From an uncultured cyanobacterium (GTDB lineage: Bacteria > Cyanobacteriota > Cyanobacteriia > Cyanobacteriales > Nostocaceae), in contig CAVUDP010000002.1 in the NCBI GenBank assembly GCA_963740315.1, forward strand, positions 2,624,001-2,688,000: DNA of 64,000 bases, given 5' to 3'. A model generated the notes under the pieces. It did no database searches. It was given only the letters and a program-made list of their open reading frames with translations, and had not been told where the DNA came from. Both the position numbers and the translations under genes were made by a program. Positions 21,319-33,236 of this stretch are shown piece after piece (the stretch's first letter is position 1; each line of letters starts with the position of its first letter).

Positions 21319-22287
21319 TTAGCTAGCCAAATATTCATCCATATCACCTTTGGACTTGCGGAGTTTGTTTAAAGCTTCTCGCTCAATTTGCCTTACTCGT
21401 TCGCGGCTAATATTAAGCTGTTCGCCTATTTTCACAAGCGTCATAGCTTTTCCATCATTTAAACCAAAGCGCAAGGTAATAACTTGTCGCTGCTGGGGAG
21501 TAAGTTCGGCTATTAAACAATCTAATTCGTTAGATAATGAAGATTGCATGACAAAATCTTCTGGAGAAGCGTTTGGATCTTCTAACATTTCGCCAAGTTC
21601 GGTATCGTAATTATCTCCCAAACGCAAATCCAAGGATAAAGGAACACGCGCCCTTTCCAGATACTCGCGTACCTGCTTGGGAGTCAATTCCAATTCTTCC
21701 GCCAATTCAGCAACTGTTGCAGCACGTCCTAGCTTTTGAGATAGTTGACGCTGTGCTTTCTTAATTTTATTTAGTTTTTCGGTAATGTGAATCGGTAGAC
21801 GAATTGTACGACCTTTTTCGGCGATCGCCCGAGTAATTGCTTGACGAATCCACCAATAAGCATAAGTAGAAAATCTATAACCTTTACTGGGGTCGAACTT
21901 TTCTACACCCCGTTGCATTCCGATACTACCTTCCTGAATCAGATCAAGTAAATCGACATTACGTTTAATATATTTTTTCGCAACCGAAACTACAAGCCGC
22001 AAATTGGCTTCTACCATTTTGCGTTTAGCAATTTCACCTTGCTCTATTGTATCTTCTAATTCTTCAGGTTTTAATTCCGCACGCTCAGCCCATTCATCTA
22101 ACGTCGGTTGACGTTTCAATTCGGTAACAAGAGACTCCTTCACCGATTGTAAGGCTGTTGCACGATGTACCTGCTTGCCGAAAAGTATCTCTTCCTCGTG
22201 AGTTAAAAGTGGTACGCGACCAATTTCACGCAGATAAGTCCGCACGAGGTCTTTAGGTGTCTGGGCGGTCTTCATAGCGCTAGGCAT
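21319..22287 (-). CDS. group 2 RNA polymerase sigma factor (SigD-like)
   Basis: [59 protein letters not shown]; lacks region 1.1. Confidence 0.92.
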   Translation of the reverse strand: MPSAMKTAQTPKDLVRTYLREIGRVPLLTHEEEILFGKQVHRATALQSVKESLVTELKRQPTLDEWAERAELKPEELEDTIEQGEIAKRKMVEANLRLVVSVAKKYIKRNVDLLDLIQEGSIGMQRGVEKFDPSKGYRFSTYAYWWIRQAITRAIAEKGRTIRLPIHITEKLNKIKKAQRQLSQKLGRAATVAELAEELELTPKQVREYLERARVPLSLDLRLGDNYDTELGEMLEDPNASPEDFVMQSSLSNELDCLIAELTPQQRQVITLRFGLNDGKAMTLVKIGEQLNISRERVRQIEREALNKLRKSKGDMDEYLAS

Positions 22288-22764
22288 AGATGGTAGTAAG
22301 TATGAATTTTGGCAGTAAGTTTACAATTAGATAAATGCATAGACCGGGTATACCTCAAAAAATTAGAGAACCCAGATTCTACAGAGTGCAATTCCAACAC
22401 CCTAGAAACTTGGCATAAGAATAATTTTAAATTGATTATTAATTGCTAATATTTGCAGGTTCTTGCCCTACTTCACAAGTGCCTACAGTTAGATAAAAGG
22501 TAACTTATTAAACATTTCTTCCATTTTTTATATTATAAATAATTGTAACCTTTATGAAAACTTTTTAGCCAGTATTAAATCTTTTCTTCATTGTCGCCTG
22601 AATTACTGGCAAATGAACTTAAAATTTTCCTAAAGAATGTCTAAAGCTCTTTAATTTAAGAACTTTTTTTGTTAATTTTGTTTACAAAATTAAATTTGTA
22701 AATGATAATGATTAATTTTTTATTACCCGAAGATCGCAAAGTCGTATAAAAAGGTCTGCATATT

Positions 22765-23020
22765 AAAGGTTAAAGGTTAAAGGTTAAAGGTATTGAGTGA
22801 GGAATTAGGAGTATTGAGTTAGGAGGGATATTGCGGAGGAAGCGGAGGAAGCGGAGGAAGCGGAGGAAGCGGAGGAAGAAAATAAATAATTAGTTTTCTT
22901 GTAAAAAAATTAATTGCTTCCCCTGCCTCAAGAGCCTCAAGAGCCTCAAGAACTCTCTTCTCCCCATCCCCTTGTCCCCTTAAGAGTCTCTCCCCCTCTT
23001 CCCCCTCTCCCCCCTCTCAT
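22765..23020. repeat. short tandem repeat arrays (AAGGTTA, GCGGAGGAA, GCCTCAAGA, C/T-rich)
   Basis: Visible tandem 7- and 9-mers between carB and the sigma gene. Confidence 0.85.
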
Positions 23021-23033
23021 CCCTTTCTTCTTT

Positions 23034-26000
23034 CTACTTAACTAAACTGTAATCTTGAATAAGTTTCACATCCAAATCAGTTTTTTGTAAGGAACGAATG
23101 GCGGCGAGGGTTGCTTTTGCTCCTGCAAGTGTAGTTAGCATGGGTATTTTGTAAGATAAAGCCGTGCGTCGAATTAGCCTACCATCGCTTTGAGCTTCTT
23201 GCCCGGAAGGGGTGTTGATAATCAATTGAATTTGACGATTTTTGATCGCATCAAGAACGTGGGGACGACCTTCATGAAGTTTGAGTACTCGATCTACATT
23301 TAATCCATTTTCTTTAAGTACTCGCTGGGTACCGCTGGTTGCCATTACCGAAAATCCTAATTCGATAAATTCTTTAACTACCGGAACCGCAGCAGCTTTA
23401 TCGCGATCGTTCATTGATACAAATACCGTGCCGCTCAAGGGTAAATGTTCTCCCGCACCCATTTCGGCTTTTGCATAGGCTCTACCGAAGTCGCTATCTA
23501 TACCCATTACTTCGCCGGTCGATCGCATTTCTGGTCCTAAGATGGTATCGGTACCTGGGAATTTATTAAATGGTAATACTGCTTCTTTAACGGCAATATG
23601 GGACGGTATAACTTCTTCGGTAAAGCCAAGTTCTTCTAAAGTTTTACCTGACATAATTAAAGATGCTATTTTTGCAAGCGGTACGCCTGTTGCTTTGGAA
23701 ACAAAGGGTACTGTACGAGAAGCGCGAGGATTTGCTTCTAAAATGTAAACTTGAGGAGAATAGGTTTGAGCGCCTGCAACAGCAAATTGGACGTTCATTA
23801 ATCCTACAACTTTTAAAGCTTGTGCCAGCTTGATAGTAGAATTACGAATTTGTTCGAGAATCGCTTGCGGTAAAGAAATTGCAGGTAGCGTACAAGCTGA
23901 GTCTCCTGAATGAATTCCCGCTTGCTCAATGTGTTCCATGATGCCACCAATCACGACTTTACCCGTGCTGTCGGCGATCGCATCTACATCCACTTCCGTA
24001 GCGTTTTCCAAAAACTTATCTACTAATATCGGATGTTCTGGTTCTACCTGTACCGCAAAAGTCATGTAGCGTTCGAGTTCTGCATCTGAGTAGACGATTT
24101 CCATTGCCCTTCCACCTAATACGTAGCTAGGACGCACTACTACGGGATAACCGATACGTTTGGCGACTATAATTGCATCTTCGTAGGTTCTAGCAATACC
24201 GTTAAGGGGCTGGGTTATATCTAATTCCTGAAGAATTTTTTCAAATTTTTCTCTATCTTCAGCAGCATCGATGGAATCGGGAGAAGTTCCCCAAATTTTG
24301 GTGGGTGAATCTGGGGATTCTGCTTCTCGATTTCGTAAATATTCTTGCAAAGGTAAGGCTAACTTTAAAGGCGTTTGTCCCCCAAACTGAATGATTATCC
24401 CTACCGGATTTTCCGCTTCAATAATATTAAGAACATCTTCCTTAGTTAACGGTTCAAAATAAAGGCGATCGCTGGTGTCGTAATCGGTGGAAACAGTTTC
24501 CGGATTCGAGTTAACCATAATTGTCTCATACCCTGCATCTTTGAGAGCGTAAGCAGCGTGACAGCAACAATAGTCAAATTCTATTCCTTGTCCGATACGG
24601 TTGGGACCTCCACCCAAAATCATCACCTTGGGTTTATCGCTCTTTATTATTTCGTCTTCTTCCTCATAAGTAGAGTAATGGTAAGGAGTGAATGCTTCAA
24701 ATTCCGCCGCACAGGTATCGACAGTTTTATAAACGGGGATAACTTCTAGTTGTTTGCGTTTTTCTCGAACTGCATCTTCGGTGGTTTTGGTTGCAAAAGC
24801 AATTTGCTTGTCGCTAAAACCATGTCGTTTTACTTCATACAATTGCTCTTTTGTCAACTGTTCTAGGGGAGTTCGCTTGATAAATTTTTCCACCTCTAGC
24901 AATTGCTGCATCTTATCTAAGAACCAGTGGTCAATTCCAGTCAGTTCGTAGATTTCCTCGATGCTGATTTTATGTTGCATCGCGTGACGCACGGCGAAAA
25001 TACGCTCCGGATTCGGCGTTCGCAATTGGGCGCGGATTTGTTCGCCAGAGGGTAATTTTTCGTGGCGATCGCAACCCCAACCAGCGCGTCCAGTTTCTAG
25101 GGAACGCAAAGCTTTTTGGAATGATTCGTTAAAAGTACGACCGATCGCCATTGCTTCCCCTACCGACTTCATTTGAGTTGTCAGCACCGAGGAGGAACCG
25201 GGAAATTTTTCAAAAGCGAAGCGGGGAATTTTGGTAACTACATAATCAATGGTTGGTTCAAAGGATGCAGGTGTTTCTTTTGTAATATCATTTTTAATTT
25301 CGTCTAAGGTGTAACCTACAGCTAACTTTGCAGCTATTTTAGCGATCGGAAAACCCGTAGCTTTACTAGCTAAAGCCGAACTGCGAGAAACGCGGGGGTT
25401 CATTTCAATTACAACTACTTCCCCGGTAAGCGGATTGACAGCAAATTGAATATTAGAACCGCCAGTTTCAACACCAATTTCGCGGATAATTTTAATCGCT
25501 ATATCCCGCAAGCGTTGGTATTCTTTGTCAGTAAGTGTTTGTGCGGGAGCAACAGTAATAGAATCTCCCGTATGAATACCCATCGGGTCAATATTTTCAA
25601 TCGAGCAGATAATCACCACATTATCCGCCAAATCCCGCATTACTTCTAATTCGTATTCCTTCCAACCCAACAAAGATTGGTCAATCAGAATTTGCGATAC
25701 GGGGGAAGCATCAATACCCGCTTGCGCCATTTGTTCAAATTCTTCTTGATTATAGGCAATACCGCCACCCGTACCGCCCATAGTAAAACCAGGACGAATA
25801 ATCAACGGATAGCTGCCAATACCTTTAGCTATGACTTTAGCTTCTTCCAAAGTTGAAGCCGTACCGCTAGGACAGATTGCCACACCAATTCGCGTCATTG
25901 CATCGCTAAACAGTCGTCTGTCTTCAGCTTTTTCAATAGCTTCTAACTTAGCCCCAATCAACTCAACGCCATACTTATCCAAAACACCATTTTTCGCCAA

Positions 26001-26303
26001 AGCTACAGCTATGTTAAGAGCAGTTTGTCCTCCCATAGTTGGTAATAAAGCATCGGGACGTTCCTTTTCAATAACTTTTTCTACCATTTCTGGCGTTAGC
26101 GGCTCAATATAAGTACGGTCAGCCGTATCTGGATCGGTCATAATTGTAGCTGGGTTAGAATTTACCAGTACAACTTCGTAACCTTCTTCCTGTAAAGATT
26201 TACAAGCTTGGGTACCGGAATAATCAAACTCGCAGGCTTGTCCAATAACGATCGGACCAGAACCTAATAATAAAATTTTTTGAAGGTCTTGACGACGGGG
26301 CAT
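23034..26303 (-). CDS. carB: carbamoyl-phosphate synthase large subunit
   Basis: [17 protein letters not shown], duplicated ATP-grasp halves, C-terminal MGS domain. Confidence 0.99.
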   Translation of the reverse strand: MPRRQDLQKILLLGSGPIVIGQACEFDYSGTQACKSLQEEGYEVVLVNSNPATIMTDPDTADRTYIEPLTPEMVEKVIEKERPDALLPTMGGQTALNIAVALAKNGVLDKYGVELIGAKLEAIEKAEDRRLFSDAMTRIGVAICPSGTASTLEEAKVIAKGIGSYPLIIRPGFTMGGTGGGIAYNQEEFEQMAQAGIDASPVSQILIDQSLLGWKEYELEVMRDLADNVVIICSIENIDPMGIHTGDSITVAPAQTLTDKEYQRLRDIAIKIIREIGVETGGSNIQFAVNPLTGEVVVIEMNPRVSRSSALASKATGFPIAKIAAKLAVGYTLDEIKNDITKETPASFEPTIDYVVTKIPRFAFEKFPGSSSVLTTQMKSVGEAMAIGRTFNESFQKALRSLETGRAGWGCDRHEKLPSGEQIRAQLRTPNPERIFAVRHAMQHKISIEEIYELTGIDHWFLDKMQQLLEVEKFIKRTPLEQLTKEQLYEVKRHGFSDKQIAFATKTTEDAVREKRKQLEVIPVYKTVDTCAAEFEAFTPYHYSTYEEEDEIIKSDKPKVMILGGGPNRIGQGIEFDYCCCHAAYALKDAGYETIMVNSNPETVSTDYDTSDRLYFEPLTKEDVLNIIEAENPVGIIIQFGGQTPLKLALPLQEYLRNREAESPDSPTKIWGTSPDSIDAAEDREKFEKILQELDITQPLNGIARTYEDAIIVAKRIGYPVVVRPSYVLGGRAMEIVYSDAELERYMTFAVQVEPEHPILVDKFLENATEVDVDAIADSTGKVVIGGIMEHIEQAGIHSGDSACTLPAISLPQAILEQIRNSTIKLAQALKVVGLMNVQFAVAGAQTYSPQVYILEANPRASRTVPFVSKATGVPLAKIASLIMSGKTLEELGFTEEVIPSHIAVKEAVLPFNKFPGTDTILGPEMRSTGEVMGIDSDFGRAYAKAEMGAGEHLPLSGTVFVSMNDRDKAAAVPVVKEFIELGFSVMATSGTQRVLKENGLNVDRVLKLHEGRPHVLDAIKNRQIQLIINTPSGQEAQSDGRLIRRTALSYKIPMLTTLAGAKATLAAIRSLQKTDLDVKLIQDYSLVK

Positions 26304-26835
26304 AGTTGTTGCCTTTAAATATGAGAATATGAATCCCGATCATTTTAAGTTCTTTACTGACCACTTATGCTGTTTATTATCAAGTTTTGTTGGTTCCATG
26401 ACCAAATTTTACAACTATATACGGTCAAAGCCGCGTAAATGAAGGGTCTGACTCTGCACCTCGTAAAGGCTTATCCTAATGTAAAATTTGAAACAAGGGC
26501 ATAAGTAACCAGTTACTAAATAATCTGGTTTAGTTAGAAAAAATTATTTGTATTATCTATTTGTATTATCAAGGCGCTTTTAACCCAACATCAAAATTTT
26601 GGTTTTGATTAGATTAAGCATCTGCAAAATATTCGCTTTTAAAACTTGAGAAATAATCTCAATTGCTCGGAATTACTTTAAAAAAAGTTCCATGACTATT
26701 AAAAAAAATTAACATTAATTTAAATCAATTAAGTAGAAACAAACGATAATTCGTCTCAAAAAGTATTTTTACAAAAGTATTTATAAGAAAATATTAGGGC
26801 AATCATCATAAAATAATTGGACACCTAATTAAAAA

Positions 26836-26866
26836 TGGCAGAGAGATAACGATGTACTCTCTGCCA
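26836..26866 (-). terminator. terminator hairpin after dps
   Basis: TGGCAGAGAG...CTCTCTGCCA stem with a T-run on the minus strand. Confidence 0.65.
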
Positions 26867-26947
26867 TAAATTAAAATTTTAAGTTATATGCGAAATTTTC
26901 TAGAGTAAGAACGTAGATAAGCTTGTTCTAATTCTATATAAGAAATG

Positions 26948-27502
26948 TTAGTTATGAGCAGACTGAACAAATCCTAAAGTTAAGCTGTCCTTAGCTAGGA
27001 AGTGAGATAAGTGATAAGCACGCTCCTCAGTTTTTATAAGCATTTGCTCGTACAAAAGTCTTGTAGCTCTATCGCCCAAACTCTCAGCCTGAGTAGCTTG
27101 GCGACGAATTACCCCAATCATAGCTTGTTCGGCTTTCAAGTCGTTTTCTATCATTTGACGACAAGAATAGATCCCATCAGATTCTTGTTCAAAGCAGCAT
27201 AATTCCGCTAATTTGCTGAAAGAAGCAACGGGTACACCGCCAAGTCCATTCAAGCGCTCTCCAATTTCATGGATATGACCTTGTACTTCTTGATAGCAAT
27301 CGTTAAAAAAGTCATGCAGCGAATAAAATTCCGAACCTTCTACAACGAAATGATGCTTTTGGTACTGTATATATAACGCTTGAAAACTCGCCAATGTAAC
27401 GTTAAAACCTTCACAAACTGGTTCTGTAACGCTCTTGTCTAGTAAGACTGGATTGTCATAAACCTGACCAAAATTTTGTAATAAAGTTTGTGTGTCAGCC
27501 AT
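26948..27502 (-). CDS. dps: Dps family DNA-protection/ferritin-like protein
   Basis: [21 protein letters not shown]...HEIGERL ferroxidase motif. Confidence 0.93.
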   Translation of the reverse strand: MADTQTLLQNFGQVYDNPVLLDKSVTEPVCEGFNVTLASFQALYIQYQKHHFVVEGSEFYSLHDFFNDCYQEVQGHIHEIGERLNGLGGVPVASFSKLAELCCFEQESDGIYSCRQMIENDLKAEQAMIGVIRRQATQAESLGDRATRLLYEQMLIKTEERAYHLSHFLAKDSLTLGFVQSAHN

Positions 27503-27914
27503 TGTTTTCCTCGCTTATTATCGTCGATTAGCAGCTTGATTTGCTAACTGCTTAGCTTTTATATATTAGCACTATAAAAACCAAATTACGTCTGTAAAAT
27601 ATGACAGATTTTTGAGCTTTATGTTTAATATTTATTCAATTTTTGCTAATTAGAAATTTCTATTTCTGACCTTATTGACATCTTTTTTCTCAATTACGCG
27701 ACCATTTTATCCTTCATCAGTAATTTATCTGCCTGCATCAAATACCCAAGAGCTAACAAAATTAACTAATTAGACATCTTTCTGGGCGCATCCTAATTAA
27801 TAAACCGCGTAACTAAATTTAATAGAAATACTTATAAATAAAATTTGCGAAAAACTTACTCTAAGATAGCTGGTATTTTTGTTCAATCCAGCCAAATTGG
27901 CAGATTTCTTAGTG

Positions 27915-28207
27915 GGAGGGGGAGAGGCGGAGATGGGGGAGATAGGGAGAGGGGGAGATGGTAAGCCACTGCGCCCTCGCGGGTTCCCCGACTTGTAGCA
28001 AGTGGCGCAACCCGTTCACGCGTTCACCGCGCTTGTGCGGCGAGGGCGTGCGGCGAGCGGGGAGATGGGGAGACAAGGGGACAAGGGGACAAGGGGACAA
28101 GGGGAAATTTAAACTACTAACTACTAACTACTAACTACTAACTACTAACTACTAACTACTAACTCCCTACTCCCTACTCCTAACTGCTAACTGCTAACTG
28201 CTAACTG
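27915..28207. repeat. third, diverged small dispersed repeat plus STRR arrays (GACAAGG, ACTACTA)
   Basis: Shares ATGGTAAGCC, AAGTGGCGCAACCCGTT and GCGTGCGGCGAGCGG with the 15.5 and 18.3 kb elements. Confidence 0.8.
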
Positions 28208-28241
28208 ATTATGAGGAGTTTTTATTTTTTTTCAAAAGTTA

Positions 28242-28270
28242 CTGAGAAAAGTTTGCATTTAACATATAAT
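28242..28270 (+). promoter_or_regulatory. sigma70-like promoter overlapped by a Fur-box-like sequence
   Basis: CTGAGA-N17-TATAAT; CTGAGAAAAGTTTGCATTT resembles cyanobacterial Fur boxes. Confidence 0.4.
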
Positions 28271-28344
28271 TGTCAAGGAAGCTGAATCGCAAACTTAAAG
28301 CAGTATTGTAACTGCGAGTTTATTGCACTTTGAGGGTATTAGTC

Positions 28345-28602
28345 TTGAAATCGTTTGATTCGCAGTCACAGACAAAACACGTTGTTGAGGTGAGTTGGGC
28401 AGATCGTTGGCAAGTCTATCAACGGTTGGAGGAATTGCATATTCCTTGTTGGTGTGGTACTAATCAACCTTTAACTGTTGAAATTGCTAACACCGCCGCT
28501 GCGATCCAATTGTGGAGCGTTATGCGGCAATTAAATGCCTCCCGTCAAGACCTAATCTGTACTCTTAAGGAGTGCTTGAATTATCGTCCGAAGCACATCT
28601 AA
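28345..28602 (+). CDS. Asr1405/Asl0597 family small protein
   Basis: VSWADRWQVYQRLEELHIPCWC...AAAIQLWSV motif; start uncertain (TTG 28345 or 28330). Confidence 0.8.
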   Translation: MKSFDSQSQTKHVVEVSWADRWQVYQRLEELHIPCWCGTNQPLTVEIANTAAAIQLWSVMRQLNASRQDLICTLKECLNYRPKHI

Positions 28603-28707
28603 TTCTAATGGTGCTTAGTTGTGCTTAGTTCTAATTAGAGGGTCATCTGGGTGTAAATCCTTGCGCCATTGCAGAAGAGTATTAGTTATTAAATTGGATT
28701 AGGAATA

Positions 28708-29343
28708 ATGGGAAAATCTCAACGTAAAGAAACGTCAGAATTTTGTCTTGAAGGACGATTTTTAGATTTTGTAATCAAAGATGGCTATAAACTCAAAGGT
28801 TTGATGTTGGGGACTTCGGAAGGCGATCGCTACATTAAATTAGCGAAGCATTTGAGAGATGCTTTTGATTTACGTCTACCCCCCGGTACTTGGTTGCAGG
28901 TTGTGGGTGAAAAAAATTATGACACAAAAACTGGTGAAGTTAAATTAAAAGCCGAGCGAGTTATGGCTGCTCGTGCTGAAGTGGAAACAAAAGAAGTACA
29001 GACTATACCTACACAGAAACCGAAAGAGAAATCGGCAGTGGAGGCTAAAAAGAATACTATATTAGTATGTCAAAAATCTAGCTGTATGAAGCGCGGTGGT
29101 AAAAAGCTATGTCAAGCAATAGCAGCTTCTGTGAGCGAACGTGGAATAGAAGACCAAGTTACAATCAAAGGTACGGGCTGCATGAAAAAATGTAAAGCTG
29201 GTCCTAATTTGATAATGCCAGACAAGACTCGTTACAGCAAAATTCAAGCAGAACAAGTATCTACAGTGATGGAGAAGCATTTTGGTCCTAAAGAGCAAGT
29301 AGAAATTCCTATTTCAGAAATAGTTAACGTAAATAAGAAGTAA
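28708..29343 (+). CDS. thioredoxin-like [2Fe-2S] ferredoxin domain protein
   Basis: ILVCQKSSCMKRGG...TGCMKKCKAGPNL cysteine pattern. Confidence 0.85.
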   Translation: MGKSQRKETSEFCLEGRFLDFVIKDGYKLKGLMLGTSEGDRYIKLAKHLRDAFDLRLPPGTWLQVVGEKNYDTKTGEVKLKAERVMAARAEVETKEVQTIPTQKPKEKSAVEAKKNTILVCQKSSCMKRGGKKLCQAIAASVSERGIEDQVTIKGTGCMKKCKAGPNLIMPDKTRYSKIQAEQVSTVMEKHFGPKEQVEIPISEIVNVNKK

Positions 29344-29540
29344 ACTACCTTACATTTAATGCGAGAATTTACCAAAAGGCTTGCAGTTAATGTTTGTGCT
29401 ATCTCCCTAATATTTGATAAGTATTTTCAACTATGAAAGCCCGGTTTGCAAAGCAAGCTGGGTTTTTGTGGTTTTGATATGTTTATTTGTAGCAACGCCG
29501 AAAAAAGAGATAATATTTTTTTTGCTATAAATTTCTAACT

Positions 29541-30170
29541 ATGACATCACGCTCCCCCAGTTTGATATCTCCCAATTCCATACAGGCACGGGCATCAAGT
29601 TCGACTTTAAAATTAGGAATTATGGCGAGTGGTAATGGTAGTAATTTTGAAGCAATTGCCCAAGCGATTCAAAACGGACAATTAAACGCTCAAATTAAAG
29701 TTTTAATTTACAACAATCCGGATGCTTATGCCGCAGTACGTGCAGACAACTGGAAAATCAAAAGCGTACTCATCAATCATCGCGACTACAAGCACCGAGA
29801 AGAGCTAGATAGACAAATTGTACAAACTTTGCTCCAACATGGCGTTGAATGGGTAATTATGGCTGGCTGGATGCGATTGGTGACTCAAGTATTAATCGAT
29901 GCATTTCCTCAAAAAATTATTAATATTCATCCCAGCTTGTTACCGAGCTTTAAAGGAGTACGTGCAGTAGAACAAGCTTTAGCTACCGGAGTCAAAATAA
30001 CGGGCTGCACGGTACATCTAGTGTCCTTGGAAATGGATAGCGGTACAATTTTGATGCAAGCTGCCGTACCAGTACTACCTGATGATAACCCCGATACACT
30101 CCACGCCAGAATTCAAGTTGAAGAACATCGGATAATAACCGCAGCAATTGCTTTAGCAGCAGAGGGATGA
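29541..30170 (+). CDS. purN: phosphoribosylglycinamide formyltransferase
   Basis: ASGNGSNFEAI, AGWMRLV, NIHPSLLPSFKG, TGCTVH. Confidence 0.96.
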   Translation: MTSRSPSLISPNSIQARASSSTLKLGIMASGNGSNFEAIAQAIQNGQLNAQIKVLIYNNPDAYAAVRADNWKIKSVLINHRDYKHREELDRQIVQTLLQHGVEWVIMAGWMRLVTQVLIDAFPQKIINIHPSLLPSFKGVRAVEQALATGVKITGCTVHLVSLEMDSGTILMQAAVPVLPDDNPDTLHARIQVEEHRIITAAIALAAEG

Positions 30171-30335
30171 AGGGGGATGGGGGGATGGGGGGATGGGGGG
30201 AGGGGGAGAGGGGGTAGAGGGGGGAGAGGGGGTAGAAATTTAAATTAGTAATTAGTAACTGGTAACTGGTAACTGTTAACTGTTAACTGGTAACTGCTAA
30301 CTCCTAACTCCTAACTCCTAACTCCTAACTCCTAA
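30171..30335. repeat. STRR arrays (GGGGGAT, TAACTGG, TAACTCC)
   Basis: Tandem heptamers. Confidence 0.85.
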
Positions 30336-30411
30336 ATTCCAATTACGAATTTATCCTATTTCTCCTATAGGGGGTACAATAAATGCCGATTGTCTTCCCA
30401 AAGAAAGTTCT

Positions 30412-30969
30412 ATGATTTCTAGTAACGACTTTCGTACTGGTGTATCGATTGTATTAGATGGTTCGGTATGGCGAGTGGTGGAATTCCTCCACGTTAAGCC
30501 GGGTAAAGGTTCTGCTTTTGTACGCACAAAACTTAAAAGCGTTACTACTGGTAATACAGTAGAAAAAACGTTCCGGGCTGGGGAAACGGTACCTCAAGCC
30601 ACTTTAGAAAAAAGTACTATGCAGCATACCTATAAAGAAGGTGAGGATTTCGTCTTTATGGATATGGAAACTTATGAAGAAAACCGTTTAAGTTCCGACC
30701 AAATTGGTAGTGGTGTTAAATATCTTTCTGAAGGTATGGAGGTGAGTGTTGTTCGTTGGAATGACCAAGTGCTGGAGGTAGAATTACCTAACTCTGTGGT
30801 ACTGGAAATTGTAGAAACTGACCCCGGTGTAAAAGGTGATACTGCCACAGGTGGTACTAAACCTGCAAAGCTGGAAAGTGGAGCTTCTGTTATGGTTCCT
30901 TTGTTTATTTCTCAAGGCGAGCGTATTCGTATTGATACCCGTGACGATAAATATTTAGGTAGAGAATAA
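30412..30969 (+). CDS. efp: elongation factor P
   Basis: [30 protein letters not shown]. Confidence 0.98.
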   Translation: MISSNDFRTGVSIVLDGSVWRVVEFLHVKPGKGSAFVRTKLKSVTTGNTVEKTFRAGETVPQATLEKSTMQHTYKEGEDFVFMDMETYEENRLSSDQIGSGVKYLSEGMEVSVVRWNDQVLEVELPNSVVLEIVETDPGVKGDTATGGTKPAKLESGASVMVPLFISQGERIRIDTRDDKYLGRE

Positions 30970-31101
30970 CTGCGACTTGATTTTTTTTAAAGGAAAGCGC
31001 TAATTGTCATCTTACTGCGGGGGGATATTTATCCCTACCGTTTTCAAACCTAATATATCGATTGTTTATCTATAAACTGATTCTATGAGGATATTTAAAC
31101 T

Positions 31102-31614
31102 GTGTCATTAGATTTTAATGAAATCCGTCAGCTTTTAGCGACTATTGCACAAACGGACATTAATGAAGTAAATCTTAAAAGCGAAAATTTTGAACTAACG
31201 GTACGTAAGGGTATTAGTTCTGCTCACCAAATGCCTTCAGAAGTAGTTGCAGCACCATCCGCGCCGAAAAATATTCCTAGTTCAGATACCCCAACACCAG
31301 AAAATGTTAATCGGGGGGCGATCGAGAGTGCGAATGGAGGAGGACAAGCTATTTCTACAGCAAAAGATTCTAAACTCGTAGAAGTTTATTCGCCAATGGT
31401 AGGAACCTTTTATCGCGCTCCTGCACCGGGAGAATCGGCGTTTGTAGAGGTTGGCGATCGCATTCGTAAAAGCGATACGGTATGTATTATTGAAGCGATG
31501 AAATTAATGAACGAGATCGAGGCAGAATTATCGGGTCAAGTAATGGAAATTTTAGTGGAAAATGGTGCTTCTGTAGAATATGGTCAAGCTTTGATGCGAA
31601 TTAACCCCGATTAA
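31102..31614 (+). CDS. accB: acetyl-CoA carboxylase biotin carboxyl carrier protein
   Basis: SPMVGTFYRAP, IIEAMKLMNEIE; efp-accB synteny. Confidence 0.97.
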   Translation: MSLDFNEIRQLLATIAQTDINEVNLKSENFELTVRKGISSAHQMPSEVVAAPSAPKNIPSSDTPTPENVNRGAIESANGGGQAISTAKDSKLVEVYSPMVGTFYRAPAPGESAFVEVGDRIRKSDTVCIIEAMKLMNEIEAELSGQVMEILVENGASVEYGQALMRINPD

Positions 31615-31682
31615 GTATTAATCTATATAACGAATGTGTCATTGTAAAAAAAGTTAGTCCCATTCGTGGCGGGTCAATTCTG

Positions 31683-32027
31683 ATGAAACAAATGTTGCCT
31701 GTACCTTTAGAAGTGGTGCAACAAGTAGCTGAATATTTCAGTCTGTTGAGTGAACCGATGCGTCTCCGGTTGTTGCATCTACTTCGAGATGAAGAAAAGT
31801 GCGTGCAAGAATTGGTAGAGGCAACCCATACTTCACAGGCTAATGTATCAAAACACCTTAAGGTAATGTGGCAAGCGGGAATTCTCAGTCGCCGCAGTGA
31901 GGGTACTTGTGCCTACTACCGAGTTGAAGATCATATGATTTTTGAACTGTGCAACCAAGTTTGCGAACGTCTCGCTGCTAGGTTGGAACAACAAGCCCGG
32001 AGTTTTCGGGTTTTAAACGGGAGGTAA
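31683..32027 (+). CDS. ArsR/SmtB family transcriptional regulator
   Basis: FSLLSEPMRLRLL...CVQELV...SQANVSKHLKVM. Confidence 0.9.
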   Translation: MKQMLPVPLEVVQQVAEYFSLLSEPMRLRLLHLLRDEEKCVQELVEATHTSQANVSKHLKVMWQAGILSRRSEGTCAYYRVEDHMIFELCNQVCERLAARLEQQARSFRVLNGR

Positions 32028-32106
32028 TTAAATATTAAAGTTAAGATTTTGGATTAACCCCACGGTTCGATCCGCGAGGTTAATCTAAAATACTTTTACT
32101 GCTCGA

Positions 32107-32733
32107 TCAAAGCTCGAAGTTTTTCATGTAATTCTCGCGAGTTAATGGCTGTTGCAGTTCTAAGCCTTCACCACCGAGGACTTCAACTGGTTCGCCGTTC
32201 AATTCGAGGTAGACTTTAGCATTGGGATTCAAAGCTGTAGCCGTATATACTACTTGTCCTACACGCCCAATCATCGAAGCACTACCGCCACCAAATTGAA
32301 AATCTTCGGACAAATTAACTCGAACTTCGTCTCCTTCGGCTTTTACACCTAATAGTTTAGTTCCTTCAGGTATTGTAGAAGAGTCGGCTGCTTCTGTTGG
32401 TCCTGATAATAAACGTTCAAAAGTTGCGGTTAGAAACTCCGAAGGCTTATTAATATCTGCTTGGACTTGAATGCTTTGAGGCACTAAGTTAAAACTAGTA
32501 CCGTTTTCTTGAAGCCAATAGACTGTAGCAGTTTTTTCGTCAGCAACTGGCGGCGTTTCTACTGGATTTGGTGCTGGAGAAGGAACTACCCGTGAGGTAT
32601 TATCTGGATTGGGGGTATCCTTGGGATTATTCATTGCGAAATAACCCGTAACACCAGCAACTGCGACAGCCGCAGTCGCGATCGCTGCTGCTACACCGGA
32701 AGATATACGATTATTTTTTCGTTGTTCTGTCAT
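32107..32733 (-). CDS. GerMN domain membrane-anchored protein
   Basis: N-terminal TM; LLSGPT...STIPEGTKLLGV...VNLSEDF...GGGSASM..RVGQVVYTAT. Confidence 0.88.
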   Translation of the reverse strand: MTEQRKNNRISSGVAAAIATAAVAVAGVTGYFAMNNPKDTPNPDNTSRVVPSPAPNPVETPPVADEKTATVYWLQENGTSFNLVPQSIQVQADINKPSEFLTATFERLLSGPTEAADSSTIPEGTKLLGVKAEGDEVRVNLSEDFQFGGGSASMIGRVGQVVYTATALNPNAKVYLELNGEPVEVLGGEGLELQQPLTRENYMKNFEL

Positions 32734-33171
32734 CTGACACCTTTTATTATTAGCTGAGTGGTACCCGTACCTGTGTGAGGGGCTTGGTAGACGACGCTGG
32801 TGGGGAAAGGGGATTTTCCTTTGTGTGTATAACGGTTTTATTTGTACAAAAGCCGCAATTTGTAATTTAGACGGTCTTATAATTAATTTTAGAATTCGTA
32901 TCAGAAGTCCGTCACGTACCTTTGTAACGTAAATTCAGCATGAAGATTAAGGTTTTTTACTATTCCTTCAACGAATTGTGACGCAACTTGTTCCTCATTT
33001 ACAGTTACCAGGGTTTCAATTAACTCAATTTGTCTACCTTTATTAACAAAGGTTTTTCCTAGTTTTCCGAACGTAATTTAACTTGAAATTAGCAACGATT
33101 GTCATCTAAAATCTAAAATTGCGGATTTTCTTACTTATAAATCATAGAATTGCGATCGAACATATCAATCA

Positions 33172-33199
33172 TGTAGAGACGTAGCACTGCTACGTCTCT
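33172..33199. repeat. GTAG-type REP-like palindrome downstream of proS
   Basis: TGTAGAGACGTAGCACTGCTACGTCTCT hairpin. Confidence 0.7.
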
Positions 33200-33236
33200 T
33201 TATTCTAATTTGTATTGAAAATTCGGTGAAATGATA

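Noticed and set aside
22701..22720. GATAATGATTAAT Fur-like sequence upstream of the sigma gene
   Set aside because: Only a half match in very AT-rich DNA
15525..28207. Dispersed repeats as a possible CRISPR array
   Set aside because: Copies are kilobases apart with no regular repeat-spacer period, and no cas genes are present
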